In this document: positions 1-7,967 of the stretch, piece after piece
Numbering within the stretch: position 1 is the stretch's first letter
How the letters are laid out: each line of letters begins with the position of its first letter
Source of the DNA: Nitrososphaerota archaeon
Lineage (GTDB): Archaea > Thermoproteota > Nitrososphaeria_A > Caldarchaeales > Calditenuaceae
NCBI GenBank assembly: GCA_033581555.1
Contig: JAVQSZ010000003.1
Span: 179,383 to 202,954, forward strand
Reading direction: 5' to 3'
DNA: 23,572 nucleotides
Position numbers and translations under genes: made by a program
Notes under the pieces: generated by a model
Database searches by the model: none
Told to the model about the DNA's origin: nothing
Seen by the model: only the letters and a program-made list of their open reading frames with translations

Positions 1-1
1 G

Positions 2-325
2 AGGATCCTAATCAGGGCCGCGCAGACCGGCGCCGACCCCGGCGAGGCCCTCCCCTTCGAGCAGAGCCTCTACTCCGAGCTCAGGTCCCTCCTCGAGGAC
101 TACGCCGAGCTCGTTGAGGAGTGCTCCAGGACCCTAGACCTCTCGAGGGACTTCGCGAGGAGGGAGACGGTCACGGTGGCCTTCCTGGAGGACGCCCCCG
201 CGCTCGTCGATGCCTCGGGCAGGAAGAGGGGGCCTTTCAGGAGAGGCAGCGTCGCCTCCCTGCCCCGCGAACTGGTCGGACCGGTAGTCTCCTCGGGGAA
301 GGCCAGGAGAATAGGACCTCTTTGA
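2..325 (+). CDS. GINS complex subunit Gins51 (Gins15), 3' part, truncated by window start; not in the ORF track
   Basis: Frame +2 is open from the window start to TGA 323-325 and reads ...ETVTVAFLEDAPALVDASGRKRGPFRRGSVASLPRELVGPVVSSGKARRIGPL*. This matches the C-terminal B-domain pattern of archaeal Gins51 (V.FL.D.P..V..D...YGPF..GDVA.LP...A..L...G.A..I). Confidence 0.8.
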   Translation, partial: RILIRAAQTGADPGEALPFEQSLYSELRSLLEDYAELVEECSRTLDLSRDFARRETVTVAFLEDAPALVDASGRKRGPFRRGSVASLPRELVGPVVSSGKARRIGPL

Positions 326-379
326 GGCGCGGGGGTTCCGGGTAAACTCTTATTGTGGGGTCAACCATTCGGCGGAGGA

Positions 380-1345
380 ATGATCTCGCTCGTCCTCTCC
401 GAGAGGGAGGCGCCCGGAGTAAGGACCTCCGAGGGCTACGGCGCCTTGGTGAGAAGGGGCACGACCCTCGTCAAGAGGGGCTTCGCTCACATGCTGAAGC
501 ACGGCGTCGTGATGGACGTGACCACCATCGAGCAGGCTCAGATCGCTGAGGACGCGGGCGCAGTCGCGGTGATGGTCCTGGACAAGCTGCCTTACGACGT
601 CAGGAAGTCCGGAGGGGTCGCGAGGACCGCATCAGTCAAGGTCATCGAGGAGATCATGGACCACGTCACGATACCTGTCATGGCGAAGTGCAGGATCGGG
701 CACACCTGGGAGGCGAAGGTGCTGGAGGAGGTCGGGGTCGACATGATCGACGAGTCCGAGGTGCTTACGCCCGCCGACGAGGAGAGGCACATATGGAAGT
801 GGGACTTCACGACGCCCTTCGTCTGCGGCGCCAGGGACCTCGGCGAGGCCCTCAGGAGGATCGAGGAGGGGGCCTCGATGATCAGGACCAAGGGCGAGCC
901 CGGGACTGGCAACGTCGCCGAGGCCGTCAGGCACATGAGGCTCGTCAAGGCCGAGATCAGGAGGATCAGGGCCATCTACGAAGAGGGCGACGAGCAGGAG
1001 CTCGTGAGGGCCGCGAGGGAGATGCGGGTCTCCTACGAGGTCGTCGTCGAGACCGCGAGGCTCGGGAGGCTCCCCGTCGTGAACTTCGCCGCAGGCGGAA
1101 TAGCGACCCCTGCGGACGCGGCGCTTATGATGGGCCTCGGGTGCGACGGGATCTTCGTGGGCTCGGGGATCTTCAAGTCCAACGACCCGCTCGAGAGGGC
1201 GAAGGCCATCGTGCTAGCGACCACCTACTGGGACAGGCCTGAGGTGGTCGCGGAGGCTCAAAGGATGGTCTCCGAGACCAAGTCTATGGCGGGACTCGAC
1301 CTGAAGACCCTCGAGTTGAGGATGCAGGAGAGGGGCACCGGCTGA
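380..1345 (+). CDS. pdxS: Pyridoxal 5'-phosphate synthase, synthase subunit
   Basis: Motifs [66 protein letters not shown] and the C-terminal MQERG. ATG 380 is preferred over GTG/TTG 353 because TTATTG at 350-355 lies ~25 nt upstream. Confidence 0.97.
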   Translation: MISLVLSEREAPGVRTSEGYGALVRRGTTLVKRGFAHMLKHGVVMDVTTIEQAQIAEDAGAVAVMVLDKLPYDVRKSGGVARTASVKVIEEIMDHVTIPVMAKCRIGHTWEAKVLEEVGVDMIDESEVLTPADEERHIWKWDFTTPFVCGARDLGEALRRIEEGASMIRTKGEPGTGNVAEAVRHMRLVKAEIRRIRAIYEEGDEQELVRAAREMRVSYEVVVETARLGRLPVVNFAAGGIATPADAALMMGLGCDGIFVGSGIFKSNDPLERAKAIVLATTYWDRPEVVAEAQRMVSETKSMAGLDLKTLELRMQERGTG

Positions 1346-1364
1346 AAAGGAACCCTCGCAACGC

Positions 1365-1370
1365 TTTATA
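1365..1370 (+). promoter_or_regulatory. TATA box (TTTATA) for the probably leaderless kinase-like gene
   Basis: TTTATA sits 26 nt before GTG 1396 in an AT-rich island. Confidence 0.6.
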
Positions 1371-1395
1371 CGCAGTTCAACATATTGAGATATTC

Positions 1396-2061
1396 GTGTT
1401 ATCCGTTCCCTCCCTCGAGGAGGTTGTCTACACCGCGGTACTCCTGAGCTGGGTGCTCTTCGTAGCGCTGGTCCTCACGAGATGGACCTACGACGCGATG
1501 ATGCGGAGGAACTTGGAACACCACGTCGCGGTATACTACAACCGGAAGGTCATTCACGTGCTGGCCGGAGGCGTGGTCGCGGCACTCGTCCCCCATCTCT
1601 TCAAGTCCTACACGATGATCGGATTGATGGTCGCGGCTCTTGCGATCGGCAACCTTCTCCCTCATCTTAGGGGAAGGCTGTTCTACTGGTATCAGGTGAA
1701 GGAGAACATGTACGAGGTCAACTTCATCTTGATGTGGGGCGCGATCATGTTCGTCGGGTTCCTCCTGAACGACATCTGGCTCGCCGTCGTGCCGGTGATG
1801 TTCATGTCGGTTGGCGACGGCGTCACGGGCTTCGTCAGGAACGCCCTCCACCGGAGGAGGACTAAGGCCTTCGTGGGAAACCTCGCGATGATGGCGTTCT
1901 GCGTGCCCTACGGGTTCGCGGTTCTCGGCGTAAATGGCGCCGTGGCTGGACTGTTGGCCTCACTCGTCGAGAGGTTCGAGTTCGGGCCGGTCGACGACAA
2001 CGTCATCGTACCCGCCACCGCCCTCGCCGTGATCTTGACCCTAGGGGCCCTCTCGGGCTGA
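1396..2061 (+). CDS. Dolichol/phytol kinase-like polytopic membrane protein (CTP-dependent isoprenoid-alcohol kinase family)
   Basis: Multiple hydrophobic helices with RKVIH, VGDGVTG..R and a C-terminal VE...DDNVIVP motif typical of Sec59/VTE5-like kinases. Confidence 0.8.
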   Translation: MLSVPSLEEVVYTAVLLSWVLFVALVLTRWTYDAMMRRNLEHHVAVYYNRKVIHVLAGGVVAALVPHLFKSYTMIGLMVAALAIGNLLPHLRGRLFYWYQVKENMYEVNFILMWGAIMFVGFLLNDIWLAVVPVMFMSVGDGVTGFVRNALHRRRTKAFVGNLAMMAFCVPYGFAVLGVNGAVAGLLASLVERFEFGPVDDNVIVPATALAVILTLGALSG

Positions 2062-2106
2062 CCGGGGGACCGGGCGCCTGGGCGCGGGTCAGCGGATTCC
2101 TGGTGA

Positions 2107-2526
2107 TCACTCGCCCATGACCGTGACGATCAGCCTCCTCTCCCGCGGCTTCGTGTCGAGCTCGATGAGCACGACCTGCTGCCACGTCCCGAGCAGAGGT
2201 CTCCCGCCGCTTACTGGGACCGTAACGCTGGGGCCTATGATCGTAGCCCTGACGTGGGAGTGGCCGTTGTCGTCGCCCCACCGGAGGTGGTGCTTGTATA
2301 CCTCGGACCTCGGGGCGATGCGCTCCAGCATCCTCGGGAGGTCCTCGATCAGCCCGGGCTCATACTCCATCGTCGAGACCGCCGCGGTCGAGCCCGCGAC
2401 GAAGGCGTTCGCGATCCCCTCCTTCACGCCCGACCTCGAGACCGCTTCGGCCACCCGGTCGGTGACGTCAAGCACGTCGCCCTCGCCCTTCGTTCTGAGC
2501 CTGAACTCGTAGGTCGCGACCTTCAT
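2107..2526 (-). CDS. yjbQ: YjbQ / UPF0047 family protein (secondary thiamine-phosphate synthase activity in E. coli)
   Basis: Motifs GSTAAV...EYEPGL..DL, Y.HH...GDDNGHSHVRA, GPSVTVPV..G...LGTWQQVVLIELD. Confidence 0.93.
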   Translation of the reverse strand: MKVATYEFRLRTKGEGDVLDVTDRVAEAVSRSGVKEGIANAFVAGSTAAVSTMEYEPGLIEDLPRMLERIAPRSEVYKHHLRWGDDNGHSHVRATIIGPSVTVPVSGGRPLLGTWQQVVLIELDTKPRERRLIVTVMGE

Positions 2527-2609
2527 GCCGACCGTTCGGCCTTCACCGGCTCCCGGAGGATTTGAACCGTGAATATCCTCTTTAGCGCCCTCGGGGACCG
2601 ATTCGAAGG

Positions 2610-3218
2610 TTGCCGAGGATAGGCGTCCTTAACTACGGCGTCGGGAACCTCTTCAGCGTCGTCAGCGCCCTCAGGAGGCTCGGTGCAGAGGTCGAGCTGC
2701 TCGAGTCCCTCGACAGGGCGGAACTCGACGGGCTCGTGCTGCCGGGCGTCGGGAACTTCACTGAGGGGGCGGCCAACGTCGCGTCTCATAGTGACGCGGT
2801 CCTTGAAGTGATGGGCTCGGGGACGCCGACGCTAGGGATCTGCCTCGGGATGCAGCTGCTCTTTGAGGCGAGCGAGGAGGGCGAGGGCAAGGGGCTCTCG
2901 GTCTTCAGGGGAAGGGTGGTAAGGCTCAGGACTTCCTCGAAGCTCCCGCACATCGGGTGGAACAGGCTCAAGGTTGTCAGGGACTCGGAGCTCCTCGAGG
3001 GGGTCTCCTCCGGCGAGTGGGTGTACTTCGTCCACTCCTACGCGCCCGATCCCAGAGACCGCTCGATCGTGCTCGCGACGACCGAGTACGGCGGCTACGA
3101 GTTCCCCTCGATCGTCGGGTCCAGCAACGTCTACGGCACGCAGTTCCACCCCGAAAAGTCCGGCGAGACGGGAAGGAAGGTCCTGAGGAACTTCGTCGGC
3201 CTCTGCGTCCGCAGGTGA
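2610..3218 (+). CDS. hisH: Imidazole glycerol phosphate synthase glutaminase subunit
   Basis: NYGVGNLFSV, LPGVGNF, LGICLGMQLL (catalytic Cys), PHIGWN, YFVHSY, QFHPEKSG (His-Glu). Confidence 0.95.
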   Translation: MPRIGVLNYGVGNLFSVVSALRRLGAEVELLESLDRAELDGLVLPGVGNFTEGAANVASHSDAVLEVMGSGTPTLGICLGMQLLFEASEEGEGKGLSVFRGRVVRLRTSSKLPHIGWNRLKVVRDSELLEGVSSGEWVYFVHSYAPDPRDRSIVLATTEYGGYEFPSIVGSSNVYGTQFHPEKSGETGRKVLRNFVGLCVRR

Positions 3219-3246
3219 GCTCTCGTCCAGAGGGGCCGGTCTCAAC

Positions 3247-3254
3247 TTATATAA
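3247..3254 (+). promoter_or_regulatory. TATA box (TTATATAA) of acnA
   Basis: Consensus archaeal TATA 26 nt before ATG 3280, which suggests a leaderless mRNA. Confidence 0.7.
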
Positions 3255-3279
3255 CGAGCGTCGGCGCGACCGGTGCGGG

Positions 3280-5997
3280 ATGCCCAGGGAGCTGAGCCTT
3301 CCCTTCGGGACGTTCAGGTACTACCCGTTGAGGGAGCTCGAGGAGGTCGGGCTCGCGAAGGACGTCGACAAGATGCCGTTCTCTGTGAAGGTGCTGCTCG
3401 AGAACCTCTACAGGCACGTCGGCAACGGCGTCGTCACCGAGGAGGAGGTCAGGGCGGTGGGGCACTGGGGGACCGGACCGAGCCCCGTGGAGGAGATCCC
3501 CTTCTACCCCAGCAGAGTCCTCCTTCAGGACTTCACCGGAGTCCCGCTGATCGTCGACCTCGCGGCGATGAGGGGCGTCGCGAAAAGGCTGAACAAGGAC
3601 CCTAAGCTGATCAACCCGCAGGTCCCGGTCCATCTCGTCGTAGACCACTCGATCCAGGTCGACTTCTTCAGGAGGGCCGACGCCTTCGCCCTCAACCTCG
3701 AGCTCGAGTACGAGAGGAACAGGGAGAGGTATCAGCTGCTGAAGTGGGCCCAGAACGCCTTCGCGAACTTCCAAGTTGTCCCCCCGGGGACGGGTATCGT
3801 CCACCAGGTGAACCTCGAGTACCTTGCGACCGTCGTCGACGACAGAATCCAGGACGGACTCAGGATCGCTTTCCCCGACACGGTCCTCGGGACCGACTCT
3901 CACACGCCGATGGTCAACGGCCTCGGGGTCCTCGGGTGGGGAGTGGGCGGTATAGAGGCGGAGGCCGTGATGCTCGGCCAGCCCTACTACATGACGGTGC
4001 CAGAGGTGGTGGGCGTGAGGCTGGTCGGAGAGCTGAGGGAGGGCGTGACTGCGACGGACCTCGTCCTCACAGTGACCGAGCTCCTCAGGAAGAAGGACGT
4101 CGTGGGGAAGTTCGTCGAGTTCTTCGGACCGGGCCTCAGGAACGTCACGGTCCCCGACAGGGCGACGATCGCGAACATGGCCCCCGAGTACGGCGCGACG
4201 GTGGGCTTCTTCCCGATCGACGGTCACACCCTCGCATACCTCAGGCTCACCGGGAGGAGCTCAGAGAGGATCCGGCTCGTCGAGGTCTACGCGCGGGCCC
4301 AGGGGCTCTTCCTGGAGGACTACGAGTGGAGGGGGACGTACACCGAGGTCGTGGAGCTGGACCTCTCGAGCGTGGAGCCGAGCCTCGCGGGGCCCGCGAA
4401 CCCCGAGGACAGGCTGGACCTCAAGCGGTTGAAAAGGATCGTAACGGAGTACATCAGGAGGAGCAGGGGCCTCGCGGCGCAGAGGTCCGACGTCGACAGG
4501 TGGGAGGGCGAAGGGGGCGCGGAGATTGCCGGGGCGGTCTCGGTCGAGGTCACGCTCAACGGGCAGACCTATGAGCTCAGTGACGGCTCTCTGGTGATCG
4601 CGGCGATCACGAGCTGCACCAACACCTCCAACCCGACCGTAATGGTCGGCGCGGGGCTCCTCGCGAAGAAGGCCGTCGAGAGGGGCCTCTCGGTCCCGGC
4701 CTACGTCAAGACGAGCCTCGCTCCCGGATCGCAGGTCGTCGTGGAGTACCTCAGGGAGTCGGGGCTCTACCAGTACCTAGAGAGGCTGGGGTTCTCGTTG
4801 GTGGGTTACGGGTGCACCACCTGCATCGGGAACAGCGGCCCTCTGCCCCAACCGGTCGCGGAGGCGATAGAGAGGCACAACCTGATCACGTTCTCCGTCC
4901 TCAGCGGCAACAGGAACTTCGAGGGTAGGATACACCCCCAGGTCAGGGGCAACTTTCTCGCCTCCCCCATGTTGGTCGTGGCCTACGCGATAGCCGGAAG
5001 GGTCGATATCGACGTCACGGAGGAGCCGCTCGCCCTCGACGGCGAGGGGAGGCCTGTCTACCTGAAGGACATCTGGCCCTCGATGAGGGAGATCGCGGAC
5101 GCGATAGAGAGGTCCGTGACCCCTGAGCTCTTCAGGAGGAAGTACACGGACGTCTTCAAGGGCGACGAGAGGTGGAGAGCGCTCGAGGCCCCGACCGGTG
5201 AGGTCTTCGTGTGGGACCCGAGCTCGACCTACATCAGGGAGCCGCCCTTCTTCGAGGGCTTCTCGCTAAGGCCCAGGGAACCCGAGGACATCGTCGGAGC
5301 CAGGGTCCTCGTACTGCTCGGCGACAGAATCACGACCGACCACATCTCCCCGGCCGGAGCGATACTGCCCGGAAGCCCTGCGGGTGAGTACCTGAGGTCC
5401 CTCGGCGTGACGCCCGACGACTTCAACACCTACGGCGCGAGGAGGGGGAACCACGAGGTGATGATGAGGGGCACGTTCGCGAACGTGAGGCTGAAGAACC
5501 TTCTCGTCCCGGGGAGGGAGGGCTGGTGGACGAAGTACCTCCCGACCGGAGAGGTGACGACCATCTACGACGCTGCGATGAGGTACAGGGACGAGGGCGT
5601 CCCCCTCGTTGTCCTCGCTGGAAAGCAGTACGGCGCCGGCAGCTCGAGGGACTGGGCCGCGAAGGGCGTCCATCTCCTCGGTGTGAAGGCCGTCATCGCC
5701 GAGAGCTTCGAGAGGATCCACAGGAGCAACTTGGTCGGGATGGGGGTCCTGCCGCTCCAGTTCGAGAGGGGCCAGACCTGGAAGAGCCTGGGGCTCGACG
5801 GGACGGAGACCATCGACGTCCTCGGGATCTCCGAGGGCCTCTACCCGAGGAAGAAACTTCTGGTCAGGGCGAAGAAGGCCGACGGTTCGGTCGTCGAGTT
5901 CAATGCGATTGCGAGGCTCGATACTCCCATCGAGGTCGAGTATTACAGGAACGGAGGAATTCTGAACTACGTGCTGAGGAAGCTCTTGGGCCCTTAG
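3280..5997 (+). CDS. acnA: Aconitate hydratase A (AcnA/IRP family)
   Basis: 905 aa; RVLLQDFTGVP, DHS, GTDSHT, AITSCTNTSNP and GYGCTTCIGNSG ([4Fe-4S] Cys), GNRNFEGR, ITTDHISPAG, YGAGSSRDWAAKG, SFERIHRSNL. Confidence 0.98.
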   Translation: MPRELSLPFGTFRYYPLRELEEVGLAKDVDKMPFSVKVLLENLYRHVGNGVVTEEEVRAVGHWGTGPSPVEEIPFYPSRVLLQDFTGVPLIVDLAAMRGVAKRLNKDPKLINPQVPVHLVVDHSIQVDFFRRADAFALNLELEYERNRERYQLLKWAQNAFANFQVVPPGTGIVHQVNLEYLATVVDDRIQDGLRIAFPDTVLGTDSHTPMVNGLGVLGWGVGGIEAEAVMLGQPYYMTVPEVVGVRLVGELREGVTATDLVLTVTELLRKKDVVGKFVEFFGPGLRNVTVPDRATIANMAPEYGATVGFFPIDGHTLAYLRLTGRSSERIRLVEVYARAQGLFLEDYEWRGTYTEVVELDLSSVEPSLAGPANPEDRLDLKRLKRIVTEYIRRSRGLAAQRSDVDRWEGEGGAEIAGAVSVEVTLNGQTYELSDGSLVIAAITSCTNTSNPTVMVGAGLLAKKAVERGLSVPAYVKTSLAPGSQVVVEYLRESGLYQYLERLGFSLVGYGCTTCIGNSGPLPQPVAEAIERHNLITFSVLSGNRNFEGRIHPQVRGNFLASPMLVVAYAIAGRVDIDVTEEPLALDGEGRPVYLKDIWPSMREIADAIERSVTPELFRRKYTDVFKGDERWRALEAPTGEVFVWDPSSTYIREPPFFEGFSLRPREPEDIVGARVLVLLGDRITTDHISPAGAILPGSPAGEYLRSLGVTPDDFNTYGARRGNHEVMMRGTFANVRLKNLLVPGREGWWTKYLPTGEVTTIYDAAMRYRDEGVPLVVLAGKQYGAGSSRDWAAKGVHLLGVKAVIAESFERIHRSNLVGMGVLPLQFERGQTWKSLGLDGTETIDVLGISEGLYPRKKLLVRAKKADGSVVEFNAIARLDTPIEVEYYRNGGILNYVLRKLLGP

Positions 5998-6758
5998 CCG
6001 CTGACCCTGAAAACCACCGAGACCGTTATCCTGAACTCCTGCTCCCCGGGCATCACGGGCGTACTCTGGGCGGCGGTGCGCACGGCCTCTGCGGGTACGG
6101 CCTGCGGGATAGGCTCGTAGAGGTTAACGCTGACCCTCGAGGCGCCCACGACCCTTAGCCCGAGCTCCCTCGCGACCGTCTCGGCCTTCGCACGGGCGTC
6201 CGAGACCGCGGCCCTGAGCAGGTCCCTCGCCATTTGGCCCCTCTTCTCCTCGGAGACGTAGAAGCTCACGCCGTGTACCGCGTTCGCTCCCGCGCCCACT
6301 GCGGTGTCGAGGACCTCGCCCGCCTTACCCATGAAACCGCCCCTTAGCGTCACCTCGATCGTGTTCGTCGCGATGTAACCGACCAGTTGGCACCGGCCGG
6401 AGCTGCAGTCGTACTCGGGCCCGACTTGGATCCCGACGGTCCTGAGGTCCCTCTCGCTGATGCCCAACCCTTTCAGCGCCGAGACAACCCTGTTTGCTGC
6501 CTCAGAGGCGAGACTCATCGCCTCCGACGCGCTCTGCGCCCTGGTCAATACTCCCACGACGACCTTTGCCTCGTCGGGGACGACCTTCGCAGACGCTGAG
6601 CCCGTGACTGTAATCACGTCGTCCTCGCCGTCCCCCTGCGCGATCACCTGAACTGTCCTGCTACCAGATGTGACCGCCACCAGCCCGACAGCGAGCATCA
6701 CGAGCGCCGCGATCAGCGCTAGGTCCAACGCCCTGCTTGATCCGACCCATCCGATCAC
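5994..6758 (-). CDS. SIMPL domain (DUF541/YggE/BP26-like) membrane-anchored or secreted protein
   Basis: N-terminal hydrophobic helix, ITVTGSASAKVVPDEA, AVSDARAKAETVA, C-terminal PGEQEFRITVSVVF. Stop overlaps the acnA stop. Confidence 0.9.
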   Translation of the reverse strand: MIGWVGSSRALDLALIAALVMLAVGLVAVTSGSRTVQVIAQGDGEDDVITVTGSASAKVVPDEAKVVVGVLTRAQSASEAMSLASEAANRVVSALKGLGISERDLRTVGIQVGPEYDCSSGRCQLVGYIATNTIEVTLRGGFMGKAGEVLDTAVGAGANAVHGVSFYVSEEKRGQMARDLLRAAVSDARAKAETVARELGLRVVGASRVSVNLYEPIPQAVPAEAVRTAAQSTPVMPGEQEFRITVSVVFRVSG

Positions 6759-6865
6759 GACGGATTTCCCGGGCGGTGTATATGTCTACTTTTCCCAGAG
6801 CGCCGAACTTGCTATAGATTTCGGGCAAATTCAGAAATATTCATCGTCACATCACGCGAGCGGGG

Positions 6866-7447
6866 TTGAGGGTGGAGAGGGCGGTAGTCGCTGTTACGAG
6901 CAAGTGGTACGACTACGTGACGGTCGCGATGGCCGTAGCAGCGGTGGCCCTCAGCCTGCTGTTGGTCGTCTCCTGGCCTCCGCAGCAGCCCGCTATTGCC
7001 TCGGAGCGAGGGCAAACGGAGGAGGGCGATGCCGGGGTCGCGAGGGCGTTCGGGAGGGGAGAGGCCGCGGTCGCGGCTGGACCGTCCCCGGTCCTGCTGG
7101 TCGGCGCGGCGGGTGCGTGGGCGGCCTTCGTCGGGATGGTCGCCTTCAAGGGCTACGTCAGGAGGGTCTGGACGAGGAGCTACTTCGATTACGACGTCTT
7201 CAGGCTGCTGGTAAGGATGAGGGGCGCGAGGACCAGGGTCGAGATCCTGAGGAGGCTAAACGAGCCGATGAACAGGAACCAGCTCGCGGAAGAGCTCGGG
7301 ATGGACTGGAAGACCGTCGACAGGCACGTCGAGGTCCTGAGCAGGTACGGGCTGATAGAGCTGGTCGACGAGCGGGGGAGGACCTACAGGCTCACAGAGA
7401 GCGGGAGGAAGGTCCTAGAGCTGCTAGAGGAGCTCGCGAGGCTCTGA
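6866..7447 (+). CDS. Membrane-tethered winged-helix (ArsR-like) transcription regulator
   Basis: Two hydrophobic segments (VTVAMAVAAVALSLLLVVSW; VLLVGAAGAWAAFVGMVAF) followed by the wHTH RGARTRVEILRRLNEPMNRNQLAEELGMDWKTVDRHVEVLSRYGLIE...YRLTESG. Confidence 0.8.
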   Translation: MRVERAVVAVTSKWYDYVTVAMAVAAVALSLLLVVSWPPQQPAIASERGQTEEGDAGVARAFGRGEAAVAAGPSPVLLVGAAGAWAAFVGMVAFKGYVRRVWTRSYFDYDVFRLLVRMRGARTRVEILRRLNEPMNRNQLAEELGMDWKTVDRHVEVLSRYGLIELVDERGRTYRLTESGRKVLELLEELARL

Positions 7448-7449
7448 GG

Positions 7450-7623
7450 TCACGTCCTCTCCTTCAGGCTCTTCGTCCACCTGTACTTCCTCCACTTCGG
7501 GTCGGGGAAGCCGCAGTGGGCGCACCTCCTCGACCTGTAGTGGAAGGACCTCCTTCCGCACCTCCTGCACCTCGCGTGCGTCGGCGTCTTGAACTTACCC
7601 ATCGAGGGTGTTCCCTTCGTCAC
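7450..7623 (-). CDS. rpl37e: 50S ribosomal protein L37e (57 aa; missed by the ORF track)
   Basis: GTG 7623 to TGA 7450 translates MTKGTPSMGKFKTPTHARCRRCGRRSFHYRSRRCAHCGFPDPKWRKYRWTKSLKERT, with a C2-C2 zinc finger. GTGA overlap with the upstream Sm gene is the conserved archaeal Sm-rpl37e arrangement. Confidence 0.97.
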   Translation of the reverse strand: MTKGTPSMGKFKTPTHARCRRCGRRSFHYRSRRCAHCGFPDPKWRKYRWTKSLKERT

Positions 7624-7868
7624 CTCCCCTCATCCTCCCTCAGCTGGCCGGGGGAGATCATCACGATGTTGTCGCCCCTCAGGATCACGGTGCCGAGCCT
7701 GTTCGCGCTCCCGTCCTGGTGGACCTCCTCCGCCGGGTTCAGGACGACGTTCATGTGCTGGTCGAAGCCTACCAGGACCCCCCTTATCATCCTGCCGCTC
7801 CTCAGCTTGATCAGCACCTGGTTCCCGAGGCTCCTGTTCAGGAGCTTCAGCGTGATGTCGGCCGACAT
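7620..7868 (-). CDS. Sm-like archaeal protein (SmAP1/Lsm)
   Basis: Sm1 motif GVLVGFDQHMNVVL and Sm2 motif LGTVILRGDNIVMISP; lies directly upstream of rpl37e. Confidence 0.96.
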   Translation of the reverse strand: MSADITLKLLNRSLGNQVLIKLRSGRMIRGVLVGFDQHMNVVLNPAEEVHQDGSANRLGTVILRGDNIVMISPGQLREDEGR

Positions 7869-7967
7869 GCCCGCAATCGCTCCCCGACCGCACGGTCCAT
7901 ATTAAGCTACTGGCAGCAGAGTTCGGCGAGGGAAAACGGTGATAACTGGCTCGAGCCTCGGAGGGCC

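Noticed and set aside
121-345. 74-aa ORF at window start
   Set aside because: Wrong frame; frame +2 encodes the Gins51 C-terminus.
2610-3218. PdxT annotation for the glutaminase near pdxS
   Set aside because: Has HisH motifs (PGVG, PHIGWN, YFVHSY, FHPEKS), not the PdxT motifs PGGEST and FIRAP.
3247-4227. 326-aa minus-strand ORF and similar long antisense ORFs across the window
   Set aside because: Antisense shadows of genes with strong GC3 bias; no recognisable motifs.
6670-7905. 411-aa plus-strand ORF
   Set aside because: Arg/Gly-rich off-frame shadow overlapping four real genes; typical of GC-rich DNA.
7608-7967. 120-aa N-terminal extension of argH in the ORF track (594 aa)
   Set aside because: It is the antisense shadow of the Sm gene and its promoter; lyase homology starts at about 7968.
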